Origin: Gammaproteobacteria bacterium
GTDB taxonomy: Bacteria; Pseudomonadota; Gammaproteobacteria; Chromatiales; Chromatiaceae
Direction of reading: 5' to 3'
Length of the DNA: 32,297 nucleotides
Assembly: GCA_030620735.1 (NCBI GenBank)
Contig: JAUXDV010000001.1
Location: forward strand, 1-32,297
The position numbers were made by a program, and so were the translations under genes. The notes beneath the pieces are model-generated. The model had not been told where the DNA came from, ran no database searches, and saw only the letters and a list, made by a program, of their open reading frames with translations. Below, one piece after another: positions 15,747 to 23,750 of this stretch. Position 1 is the first letter of the stretch; every line of letters starts with the position of its first letter.

Positions 15747-15914
15747 TTAACTCTTGGGTTGGTTCTGTTCATTGTGCTGTTTCTGCCCATCCTGTTTCTG
15801 CTCATCCTGGTTTTTATCGGGCATATAGAGCGGGCCTTTCTGGCCGCAGGCTGCCAGCTGAACTATTGAGATCAGCAGCACGAGGAGAAAAAATTTTTTG
15901 CTAGTGACATGCAT
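15747..15914 (-). CDS. lptM: LptM (YifL)-family small lipoprotein, 55 aa; below the ORF-track length cutoff
   Basis: My translation of the minus strand is MHVTSKKFFLLVLLISIVQLAACGQKGPLYMPDKNQDEQKQDGQKQHNEQNQPKS. It has a signal peptide, a lipobox (LAAC) and the family signature CG-x-KGPLY-x-P. It lies 2 nt upstream of lysA, the usual lptM-lysA arrangement. Confidence 0.8.
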   Translation of the reverse strand: MHVTSKKFFLLVLLISIVQLAACGQKGPLYMPDKNQDEQKQDGQKQHNEQNQPKS

Positions 15915-16072
15915 ATCAGGACCGTAGGATGTGGTGAACCAGCAAACAGCAAGGTTCTAATCATATCTAATCTATTTACCGCAGAATCATTCTATTCAGT
16001 TTTCTTTTCATTTCGTCAATGTGTTTCATGATTCATTCGTAAGTTATCAATAACACCCGCGAGTCACAATAT

Positions 16073-16153
16073 GTAGGATGCTGCTGAGCTTGCGAAGCGC
16101 ATCTGTCGAGTGAATCCGCGATCGATGCGCTTCGTTCCTCAGCAGCATCCTAC
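16073..16153. repeat. 81-bp near-perfect palindrome (two-tier hairpin) downstream of ubiI
   Basis: The outer stem is 16 bp: GTAGGATGCTGCTGAG (16073-16088) with CTCAGCAGCATCCTAC (16138-16153). The inner stem is 10 bp: GAAGCGCATC with GATGCGCTTC. It has no U-tract. It may act as a terminator for the ygfB-ubiI operon or be a REP-like element. Confidence 0.7.
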
Positions 16154-16172
16154 GCAATACTGCAGTCTCTTC

Positions 16173-17417
16173 TCACCAGCGGGGTTTACACAGTTTCGGC
16201 ACTTCACCCTCCATGCCGAGAGCCTGGCGCATGAAGAGAGCCTTTGCCGGGGCAATGCGGTCGGTGATATTCAGTCCCAGGTTGCGCAATTGGCGCACTC
16301 CAGGCGTGTCATTACTGAAGAGCCGGTTGATCGCCTCCATGCTCTTCTGCGTGACTAGATTATCTCCCCGGCGCGAGCGTTCATAACGCCTCAGCACAGA
16401 GTGCGAACCGATCGGCCGGTTTCTCTCTCGTGCATCCGTAATCACCTCGATGAGGAGTGCCGCATCGCGAAAACCCAGGTTGACGCCCTGCCCTGCAAGC
16501 GGATGAATCTGGTGAGCCGCGTCGCCGACCAGCGCCAGCCTGTTGCCGATGTATGTGGCCGCATGTTTGGACACGAGCGGATATGCAGCACGCGCGGAGG
16601 TGTGTGTGATCTCTCCAAGACGTTGTTGCGATGCCTCTGCAAGCGCTTGACAAAAGTCGGCGTCATCCATCTCGATCAGTCCAGCAGCATGTTCGGCCGT
16701 GGTCGACCATACAATCGAGCACTGCGTGCTGCTGACCGGCAGAAACGCCAGCGGTCCCGTGGGCAGGAAGTGCTGCCACGCGGTCTCTTCATGTGAGTTT
16801 GCGGTAGTGACAGTTGCAACCACGGCGCTTTGATGGAAATCATGGATATGCACTGCTATACCGGCCTTGTCGCGCATTTGTGAGTTGCTGCCGTCTGCTG
16901 CAATCAGTAATTGCGCATACAGGTGCTCACCACTCTCCAGCATGACGCTGATATCTTTGCTGCCTGCGACTGTTTTTTCAACCGTGGTGGAGGTATAGAG
17001 GCGGATATTGGCAATACTCTCCATCTGCTCCCACAACGCGGCAACAATGGTGCGATTCTGAATGATATGACCAAGATCCGCTTCGCCGATAGCGGCGCTG
17101 TCGAAATGGATATCCCCCATATCGAGGTTATCCCATACACGCATCTCTCTGTAGGGTTGAATGCCGCGCCGTACGATGCCGTGCCAGGCCCCAAGATTAT
17201 CCAGCAGATGCTGTGACCCCCGGTTGATGGCGGAGACACGTACATCGATCTCCTCTGCAGGCCACTCGCGCTGCGGTTCATGCTGCTCGATCACGGCAAT
17301 ATCAAGGCCTGCCCGGGCCAGACCACAGGCAACTGCAGCGCCAACCATACCGGCGCCGACGAGAATGACATCGTGGTGATTATTGCTGCTATTCATATCA
17401 TTCATTGTATTTGCCAA
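16173..17417 (-). CDS. ubiI: UbiH/UbiF/VisC/COQ6-family FAD-dependent ubiquinone hydroxylase (UbiI-like by position)
   Basis: It has a Rossmann motif DVILVGAGMVGAA and the LVGDAAHQIHPLAGQGVNLG motif. It lies downstream of ubiH as in E. coli (ubiH-visC). The start is ambiguous: ATG 17417, 17405 or 17396. The first overlaps ubiH by 20 nt. Confidence 0.8.
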   Translation of the reverse strand: MANTMNDMNSSNNHHDVILVGAGMVGAAVACGLARAGLDIAVIEQHEPQREWPAEEIDVRVSAINRGSQHLLDNLGAWHGIVRRGIQPYREMRVWDNLDMGDIHFDSAAIGEADLGHIIQNRTIVAALWEQMESIANIRLYTSTTVEKTVAGSKDISVMLESGEHLYAQLLIAADGSNSQMRDKAGIAVHIHDFHQSAVVATVTTANSHEETAWQHFLPTGPLAFLPVSSTQCSIVWSTTAEHAAGLIEMDDADFCQALAEASQQRLGEITHTSARAAYPLVSKHAATYIGNRLALVGDAAHQIHPLAGQGVNLGFRDAALLIEVITDARERNRPIGSHSVLRRYERSRRGDNLVTQKSMEAINRLFSNDTPGVRQLRNLGLNITDRIAPAKALFMRQALGMEGEVPKLCKPRW

Positions 17418-18633
17418 GGGACAGCCCTCTCGCGAGGCGTGAGTGTATACCGCTGAGTCCCATCGCGTGCCGGGCGATACGCTGACGCACTCCGGGCAGC
17501 AGGTCAGCAGCCAGCATACCGAGATTGCGTCCCACTGAGATGCCTCTGAGCGGATTGCCGAACAGCCGCACCAGCCCGTCAGTCAGCAGTGCGACCTGCT
17601 GCTGATCCGGCAGCCGCTGCTTCTGGTACTGCTGCAGCAGTTGCTGTGATCCCGGATCCTGCATCAGCCTGTCTGCATTGACGATCAGCCCGGCAAGCAC
17701 TGCAATATCACGCAGGCCGAGATTGAAACCCTGCCCCGAAATGGGATGCAGCGCATGTCCGGCATTGCCGAGCAGTGCAATGCGCGGGCGCACGGCTTCA
17801 TTTGCGGTCATCAGTGTCAGCGGATAGGAGAAACGTTCGCCAACGCGGCTGAAGCGTCCGCAGCGAAAACCCATGCGCTGCTGTAGCAGGGTGATGAAGG
17901 CATCGTCATCGAACGCCATCACATCATCACAGGCTTCACTGTCTATCGTCAGCACCACGCCGAAACGATTCTCCGTCATTGGCAGCAGCGCCAGCGGGCC
18001 GTTGGGGGTGAAGCGCTCATAGGCGATGTTGTGGTGCGGAATACCTGGCGTGACATTCGTCACTATGGCTGTCTGACCATACTCCCATTGACGTGTTTTG
18101 ATATCGAGCTGCTGACGAATCAGTGACTGCCCGCCATCTGCCGCAACCAGCAGGCGCGTCGTCAATTGCTGCTGCCGGCCATCGGCTTCGACAACCACGC
18201 TCAGTTGATTTTCTGTATGCGCAAATCCCACCACCGTGGCGGGAGAGATACGCGTGACATTGCTACTCTCAAGCTGCTGCGTGATGGCGCCGCCCAACTC
18301 CCGCGCCAGGGCGACGTAACCCAGTGCGGGAACCTGCTCTTCAGCGGCATCGAGATGCGTAAAACCAAAACCTCCGCGTTCAGAGACATGGATCTTTCTG
18401 ATTGCAGTAGCATTCGGAGCTATCGCCTCCCACAGGCCGATACCCTCGAAGATACGCTGACTGCCATAGGCCAGCGCAATAGCGCGATCATCAAAACTGG
18501 GCTGGTGATCTGCTGACGCCGCAACGCTCTCGATAATAGCAATGCGCATATCTGTATTTGCCAGAGCGCAAGCCAGCGTACTTCCGGCAAGCCCCCCACC
18601 GGCAATCACTATGTCGAAATCACTCGTTATCAC
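17398..18633 (-). CDS. ubiH: 2-octaprenyl-6-methoxyphenol hydroxylase
   Basis: It has DIVIAGGGLAGSTLA (an FAD-binding GxGxxG motif) and LLGNAGHALHPISGQGFNLG. It holds the conserved pepP-ubiH-ubiI position. Confidence 0.85.
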   Translation of the reverse strand: MITSDFDIVIAGGGLAGSTLACALANTDMRIAIIESVAASADHQPSFDDRAIALAYGSQRIFEGIGLWEAIAPNATAIRKIHVSERGGFGFTHLDAAEEQVPALGYVALARELGGAITQQLESSNVTRISPATVVGFAHTENQLSVVVEADGRQQQLTTRLLVAADGGQSLIRQQLDIKTRQWEYGQTAIVTNVTPGIPHHNIAYERFTPNGPLALLPMTENRFGVVLTIDSEACDDVMAFDDDAFITLLQQRMGFRCGRFSRVGERFSYPLTLMTANEAVRPRIALLGNAGHALHPISGQGFNLGLRDIAVLAGLIVNADRLMQDPGSQQLLQQYQKQRLPDQQQVALLTDGLVRLFGNPLRGISVGRNLGMLAADLLPGVRQRIARHAMGLSGIHSRLARGLSLGKYNE

Positions 18634-18678
18634 AACTCATGTACTCTTCACTCGATCCAGGTCACAGGAAAAGAAAAA

Positions 18679-19986
18679 TTATTTATTCATCAACGCCTCT
18701 ATCTCATGCGGTGTCTTGGGGGCGTCCTTCGAGAGTACATCATGTCCATCCTTCGTCACCAGCACATCGTCTTCGATGCGAATGCCGATGCCCTGCCATT
18801 TCTTATGCACGCCTTTTGTTCCCCTGGGAATATACAGCCCCGGCTCTACGGTCAATACCATCCCGGGTTCGAGGATGCGCCACTCGCCATCGACCTTGTA
18901 GTCGCCAACGTCGTGGACATCCATGCCCAGCCAGTGGCCGGTCTTGTGCATATAGAATTTTTCATACGCCTTCTTTTTTATCAGCGCAGTTATTTGCCCC
19001 TTGAGCAAACCCAGTTCGACCAGACCGCGGGTGATCACCCTGATCGCCGTCTGATGCGGCAGATGCCACTTGTTGCCGGGTTTGACTTTAGCGATAGCCG
19101 CTAGCTGGGCTTTCAGCACCAATCCATAGAGCAGCCGCTGCGGCTCACTGAATTTACCATTGACCGGCCAGGTCCTGGAGATATCCGAGGCATAGCAATC
19201 GATTTCACAGCCGGCATCGATCAACACCAGATCTCCATCTTTGAGCTCGTCATGGTTTTCGATATAGTGCAGAATACAGCCATTCTCACCGCCGCCAACA
19301 ATTGCGGGGTAAGCCTGACCCGTGGCATTTTTTACCCTGGTTTCATACTCAAATTGCGCCTGCAGATGATACTCGCGCATACCGGGACGGCACTTTTTCA
19401 TGAGATTGATATGCGCCTGCGCTGATAGCTTTGCCGCCCTGCGCATGAGCGCTATTTCTGAACGGCTCTTATACAGGCGCATGTCATGCAGGTAGTGATC
19501 CAGGGCAACAAACTCCAGCGGCCCGCGAAGACCCGAACGTGAACTCGCCCGTACCTTGCCAATCCATTCCGACATCTGCCGATCCAGCCGGGAATCACAC
19601 CCCATTGCATAATAGATGCGCTCACACTGCTCCAGCATGCGCGGCAAAATTTCATCAAGATCGCTAAAGGGAAAGGAGTCATCAGCGCTAAAATCGCGTA
19701 TCGCACCCTCCTGTCCGGCGCGGCGTCCATCCCACTGCTCTCTCTTGGGATCACGCTGACGACAGAAGAGAATATATTCTGCCGCCTTGCGGCCGGGGAT
19801 CAATACCGCAACAGATTCCGGTTCGGAAAAACCTGTGAGGTAATAGAAGTCGCTATCGGGACGATAGGTATAATGCACATCACGGTTGCGGATGCGTTCT
19901 GGTGCCGCCGGGATAATGGCAATCGAGTTTTTGCCCATCATACGCATCAACTGCTTGCGACGGCGCTTGAATTCAGTCGCGGTCAT
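18679..19986 (-). CDS. pepP: Xaa-Pro aminopeptidase
   Basis: I moved the start to ATG 19984-19986 (MTATEFKRRRKQL...), which parallels E. coli PepP (..QEFQRRRQAL..). M24B metal-ligand motifs are present (DAGCEIDCYASDISRT, HWLGMDVHD, TVEPG). Confidence 0.9.
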   Translation of the reverse strand: MTATEFKRRRKQLMRMMGKNSIAIIPAAPERIRNRDVHYTYRPDSDFYYLTGFSEPESVAVLIPGRKAAEYILFCRQRDPKREQWDGRRAGQEGAIRDFSADDSFPFSDLDEILPRMLEQCERIYYAMGCDSRLDRQMSEWIGKVRASSRSGLRGPLEFVALDHYLHDMRLYKSRSEIALMRRAAKLSAQAHINLMKKCRPGMREYHLQAQFEYETRVKNATGQAYPAIVGGGENGCILHYIENHDELKDGDLVLIDAGCEIDCYASDISRTWPVNGKFSEPQRLLYGLVLKAQLAAIAKVKPGNKWHLPHQTAIRVITRGLVELGLLKGQITALIKKKAYEKFYMHKTGHWLGMDVHDVGDYKVDGEWRILEPGMVLTVEPGLYIPRGTKGVHKKWQGIGIRIEDDVLVTKDGHDVLSKDAPKTPHEIEALMNK

Positions 19987-20518
19987 CAGGCTCGTCCTCA
20001 TAGATGGTCATGACAGCAACACGCAGGTATTCCTCCAGTTCGTTCATCTGCTGCCTCTGCTCTTCATCATCGGCATCAACGGACTCCACATCGAGACGCG
20101 TCAACTCGCTGATATCCGAGAGAGTCTCCTGCGCCACGTCAGACATCTTTCGCTCATTGTCCCTGACGCTGATGCCAAAACCGAAAAGAAATCCCTGGCA
20201 CCAGTTGACCAGCTGCTGCGCCCTTTCGTCATTGCGAATATCATCATCCGGAAGCATCAACTGGAAACCCATAACCGGGTCTTCAAGCTGCTCCCTGATT
20301 TCTGCATGCATCTGCAACAGAGTGCTTTTGCACTCCTGCACCTGCGGTTCATGCGCATCATTATCACGAAACAGCTCCTGCTGCATGAGTTGCAAAGAGG
20401 TCTCGAAGTCACCGCAGATCAATCCACAAACAAGTGCCTGCACCTCTGCCGGCCCTATCTCCATGCCGGCATCGGTGAGCTGCTGTTTTATTTCTTCATA
20501 TTCGGGAAGTTGATACAC
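19973..20518 (-). CDS. ygfB: UPF0149 family protein YgfB
   Basis: It uses a GTG start at 20516-20518. PAEVQALVCGLICG corresponds to PAEMHGLISGMICG in E. coli YgfB, and it has an acidic C-terminus. It holds the conserved position upstream of pepP. Confidence 0.8.
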   Translation of the reverse strand: MYQLPEYEEIKQQLTDAGMEIGPAEVQALVCGLICGDFETSLQLMQQELFRDNDAHEPQVQECKSTLLQMHAEIREQLEDPVMGFQLMLPDDDIRNDERAQQLVNWCQGFLFGFGISVRDNERKMSDVAQETLSDISELTRLDVESVDADDEEQRQQMNELEEYLRVAVMTIYEDEPDDRD

Positions 20519-20547
20519 GTCTTGTTGTCCGTAAATTAAAACTCTGA

Positions 20548-20712
20548 CTTAGGTGGCGTCCAAAAATAACTTACCGATCCTGCTTGTCCTGTTGTCCGTC
20601 TTCTGCGTTTCAGCAAAAGTCACATAACCCGGCTATGCGCCTCTTGCTGCGCCTTGAATACGAACAACATTACTGCGCGATATCGGCAACTTATTTCTGG
20701 ACGACTCCTTAG
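20548..20712 (+). mobile_element. 165-bp MITE, copy 2
   Basis: It has the same length and orientation as copy 1 and is bounded by CTTAG at 20548-20552 and 20708-20712. An extra solo TIR-like GTTGTCCGTAAAT lies just upstream at 20524-20536. Confidence 0.8.
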
Positions 20713-20846
20713 CCCTGCACACTTCGATCAGAACTTTTTACAAGCTATTTTACGCTCTCCTTCACCCGGAATCGCGAAAATATCTGTAAAATACGGGAAA
20801 TTTGATCTTTTATTGCTATTAGAGCGCTCTATTATGCCCTCTGGCA

Positions 20847-20875
20847 TTGACCCATTCCCACTTGCTCTCTATAGT
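20847..20875 (+). promoter_or_regulatory. sigma70-type promoter for the zapB-like/zapA (and possibly ssrS) unit
   Basis: The -35 is TTGACC (20847-20852), the spacer is 17 nt, and the -10 is TATAGT (20870-20875). It lies about 45 nt upstream of the ATG at 20918. Confidence 0.5.
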
Positions 20876-20917
20876 TCCAGATGAAGTTGATAGTTGCCGA
20901 TGAACGGAATAGAAAAT

Positions 20918-21127
20918 ATGCCTGATAATGAGTTGAAATCTCTTGAGTCCAAAGTCAACGATCTGGTCAATGCATGCATGCATTTGAAGCAGGAGAACCA
21001 GACCCTGCGCACCAGCCAGGATGACCTGGTGAGCGAGCGCGCATCGCTGATTGAGAAAACCGAACTCGCAAGAAACCGCGTTGAAGCCATGATCAGCCGC
21101 CTCAAGTCGCTGGAAGAAAATACATGA
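20918..21127 (+). CDS. ZapB-like coiled-coil protein (TIGR02449-type, commonly upstream of zapA)
   Basis: I trimmed the ORF to ATG 20918 (MPDNELKSLESKVNDLV...ARNRVEAMISRLKSLEENT, 69 aa). The length and heptad pattern fit the small coiled-coil gene that precedes zapA in pseudomonads. Its stop overlaps the zapA ATG (ATGA at 21124-21127). Confidence 0.65.
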   Translation: MPDNELKSLESKVNDLVNACMHLKQENQTLRTSQDDLVSERASLIEKTELARNRVEAMISRLKSLEENT

Positions 21128-21417
21128 GTGCGCCTAAACCTGTCTCGGTCACCATTCTTGGTGAAGAGTACCTGATCTCCTGTCCGCCCGATCAGGAATC
21201 ATCGCTGCAGCAATCCGCTGAACTTCTCGATGAACGCATGAGAGAGATTCGCGCCAGCGGTAAAGTGATGAACAGTGAACGAATCGCCGTCATGGCGGCC
21301 TTGAACCTGTCGAATGAATTGCTGCATCAACAACAGCAGGTCACGAGTGAATCCGGGAAAATCGATGAGCAGTTGCGCTCATTGAGGCATAAAATCGAGA
21401 CCGCTCTTAATCCGTAA
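21124..21417 (+). CDS. zapA: cell division protein ZapA
   Basis: It is 97 aa. The sequence VSVTILGEEYLISCPPDQESSLQQSAELLDERMREIR...ERIAVMAALNLSNEL is the classic ZapA pattern. ssrS and ygfA follow it, as in E. coli. Confidence 0.9.
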   Translation: MSAPKPVSVTILGEEYLISCPPDQESSLQQSAELLDERMREIRASGKVMNSERIAVMAALNLSNELLHQQQQVTSESGKIDEQLRSLRHKIETALNP

Positions 21418-21552
21418 CCCTCCACATCGATGTTGTGCATAACAACAAACCCATCAACTATACACCCTATTCACTCCCCTGATAGTATTGAATTTTTTTC
21501 TGCTAGCGGCAGATAAAAGAACTGGAATTTCAGTAAAAATAGGATAAGATGG

Positions 21553-21746
21553 TTTCAGGGTGATTACTACCGTGTTCGATAGTTGGTCGGTTTCTTGAGC
21601 CTTGCATTTACCCCGGGAGTGGAATGTATTACTGGTGTGCATGTCCGCCTTGAGCGGAAAGCCTTATGTGATACCTGAAACACCCACTTGAACTATTAAG
21701 GTTCAAGGGTATGATCGACGCCGGCATCCGTGGTATCACCCTACTT
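21553..21746 (+). ncRNA. ssrS: 6S RNA
   Basis: It holds the conserved zapA-ssrS-ygfA position. The closing helix is GGGTGAT (21558-21564) with ATCACCC (21735-21741). The 3'-half CACCCACTTGAAC-TATTAA-GGTTCAAGGGTA parallels E. coli 6S CACCUUGAACCAAGGGUUCAAGGGUUA. The ends are approximate, within about 10 nt. Confidence 0.7.
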
Positions 21747-21750
21747 CTTT

Positions 21751-21904
21751 AAGAGTGCTCTGATCGAATCGCCGTGCGCTTCAATCAGCCCCTCTTTCAA
21801 GCTTTTCTACGGAGGAAGAGTGATTTTCAGTATACGTTATAGTAGCTCTTCGTAACTTCACAATACCCCTGTACAGACGATTCTTTCATCCCTTCCCTAA
21901 TCCC
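21751..21904 (+). repeat. repeat family B, copy 1 (~150 bp)
   Basis: AAGAGTGCTCTGATCGAATCGCCGTGCGCTTCAATCAGCCCCTCTTTCAAGCTTTTCTACGGAGGAAGAG... aligns colinearly with 24910-25041. That copy reads AAGAAGGCTCTGAACGAACCGCTGCGCGCTTCGATCAAAGCCTTCCTGCAAGTATTTCTACGGGGGAAGGGG... Both copies end in a CCCTTCCC...CCCC tail. Confidence 0.7.
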
Positions 21905-21905
21905 C

Positions 21906-22502
21906 ATGTCGACAAACAAGCTTCGTTCATCCATTCGCCGGCAGCGTCTGCAGATCACGGCAGCACAGCAACGGCAGCATGCTTCTCTTGTGTGTAAAAA
22001 TCTCTCGCGGCTGCGCCAATTTCAAAAAGCCAGGCGCATCGCACTCTACCTCTCCGCCAATGGGGAGCTTGATCCGGCGCCCATCAGCACAATCAGCCGC
22101 CGCGCTTCCAAGCAGCTATACCTGCCGGTATTACACCCCTTCCGTCATGGACGCCTTTTTTTTTGTGAGTGGAGAGAATATGCCCCGCTGCAGCCAAACC
22201 GCTTCGGCATCCTCGAACCCTCCTGCCATGGCAACGCCGCAAAGCCGTTAAGGTCGCTGGATCTGATACTGGTTCCACTGGTGGCTTTTGACGCCGCCTG
22301 TCAGCGCATTGGCATGGGAGGAGGCTACTATGACCGCACACTTGGCAAGCCCAGGGGAAGCTCAACCTGGAAGCGTCCCTACCTGATCGGTATTGCCCAC
22401 GAATTGCAGAGGGTTCCAGCCATCAAATCACAAAAATGGGATGTGCCGCTGGATGCGGTAGTTACTGAAGCCGGGGTGTATAGGTCAGGTTTTAGGTTTT
22501 AG
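21906..22502 (+). CDS. ygfA: 5-formyltetrahydrofolate cyclo-ligase
   Basis: It is 198 aa. It has IALYLSANGELD, LYLPVL and GMGGGYYDRTL motifs and lies downstream of ssrS. The last codons (..YRSGFRF*) and the TAG stop lie inside the AGGTTTT repeat array. Confidence 0.85.
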   Translation: MSTNKLRSSIRRQRLQITAAQQRQHASLVCKNLSRLRQFQKARRIALYLSANGELDPAPISTISRRASKQLYLPVLHPFRHGRLFFCEWREYAPLQPNRFGILEPSCHGNAAKPLRSLDLILVPLVAFDAACQRIGMGGGYYDRTLGKPRGSSTWKRPYLIGIAHELQRVPAIKSQKWDVPLDAVVTEAGVYRSGFRF

Positions 22503-22600
22503 GTTTTAAGTTTTAAGTGAAATGCGCCTTGTTAAAACCTATGCTGGGTGTTATTACTGTGTTATCTAAAACTTAAAACCTTCCTACCTAAAACCTTCCC
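22487..22600. repeat. ~114-bp element with inverted arms made of AGGTTTT-type heptamers
   Basis: The left arm is AGGTTTT x3 plus AAGTTTT plus AAGTG (22487-22519). The right arm is CTAAAAC TTAAAAC CTTCCTAC CTAAAAC CTTCCC (22566-22600), which is the reverse-complement orientation of the same heptamers. Confidence 0.8.
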
Positions 22601-22641
22601 ATAGCGTTCAATGAACCCATTAATACAACAAAGGAGCTTTT

Positions 22642-23733
22642 ATGCAACGTCGTGACTTTCTCAAAAAGGCAGCTGCCGGCTCAATCGCAGCAGGTACTGC
22701 TCTTGGCGCATCCACTGCTGCACATGCCAAAGCTGAATTCAAATGGAAGATGGTCACCACCTGGCCAAAAAACTTCCCCGGCCTGGGCACGGGCGCCAAC
22801 AACCTGGCGGGACTGATCACCGAAATGTCCGGGGGGCGCTTGACAGTCAAGGTTTACGGGGCCAAGGAGTTGGTTCCAGCCTTTGAAGTGTTTGACGCCG
22901 TCTCCAGCGGAACTGCCGAGATGGGGCATGGCGCCGCCTATTACTGGAAGGGAAAAAATGAAGCATTCCAGTTTTTCTCCACCGTTCCTTTTGGACTCAC
23001 AGCCAATGAGATGAATGGCTGGCTCTACTATGGAGGCGGCATGGAGCTGTGGCGGGAGGCCTATGCGCCATTCAAGGTTCTGCCCGCTGCCGCAGGCAAC
23101 ACCAGCGTACAGATGGGGGGCTGGTTCAACAAGGAGATCAACAGCATCGCCGATCTCAAGGGATTGAAAATGCGCATCCCCGGACTTGGCGGCGAGGTGC
23201 TGAGACGCCTCGGCGGAACGCCTGTCAATCTTCCCGGAGGTGAACTCTTTACCGCTCTTTCATCAGGAACTATTGACGCCACTGAATGGGTCGGACCATA
23301 CAACGACCTCGCATTCGGCTTCTACAAGGCGGCCAAATACTACTACTACCCAGGCTTCCATGAGCCCGGCACAACGCTCGAAGCCATTATCAACAAGAAG
23401 GCTTACGAGAAGCTGCCTGCCGATCTCCAGGCGATCGTGATGAATGCCTGCAAGGTGGTGAATATGGATATGGTGGCGGAATATGCAGCACGCAATCCCG
23501 GCGCATTGCAGACATTGCTGAACAAGCACAAGGTTGAACTGCGCAGCTATCCGGACGATGTGCTGCAGCAATTGCGCATGGCCTCTCAGGAGGTTGTTGC
23601 AGAGCTGGCGAAAAAAGACGCCTTCAGCGCCAAAGTCTATGCCTCATATCAGAAGTTCCTCGAGGATACGGTTGCCTTCAGCACAGTTTCAGATCAGGCC
23701 TACCTGAATGCACGTGCTGAAAATAGCGCGTAG
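22642..23733 (+). CDS. TRAP transporter substrate-binding protein (DctP superfamily, COG4663-like) with a Tat signal peptide
   Basis: The twin-arginine leader is MQRRDFLKKAAAGSIAAGTALGASTAAHA. The mature part (FKWKMVTTWPKNFPGLGTGANNLA...EMGHGAAYYW) is typical of this SBP group. No dctQ or dctM lies nearby. Confidence 0.8.
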   Translation: MQRRDFLKKAAAGSIAAGTALGASTAAHAKAEFKWKMVTTWPKNFPGLGTGANNLAGLITEMSGGRLTVKVYGAKELVPAFEVFDAVSSGTAEMGHGAAYYWKGKNEAFQFFSTVPFGLTANEMNGWLYYGGGMELWREAYAPFKVLPAAAGNTSVQMGGWFNKEINSIADLKGLKMRIPGLGGEVLRRLGGTPVNLPGGELFTALSSGTIDATEWVGPYNDLAFGFYKAAKYYYYPGFHEPGTTLEAIINKKAYEKLPADLQAIVMNACKVVNMDMVAEYAARNPGALQTLLNKHKVELRSYPDDVLQQLRMASQEVVAELAKKDAFSAKVYASYQKFLEDTVAFSTVSDQAYLNARAENSA

Positions 23734-23750
23734 CGTAGAAAGAGAGCATT

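Noticed and set aside
21488-21517. TTGAAT, 18 nt, GATAAA as an ssrS promoter.
   Set aside because: The -10 match is only 4 of 6 and the distance to the predicted mature 5' end is about 35 nt. It is plausible if 6S is processed, but too weak to list as a feature.
22487-22514. Telomere-like reading of the T/G-rich heptamers (AGGTTTT).
   Set aside because: They are internal to a chromosomal gene-dense region, present as only 3-4 units, and paired with an inverted copy. That behaviour fits a dispersed repeat or MITE, not a replicon end.
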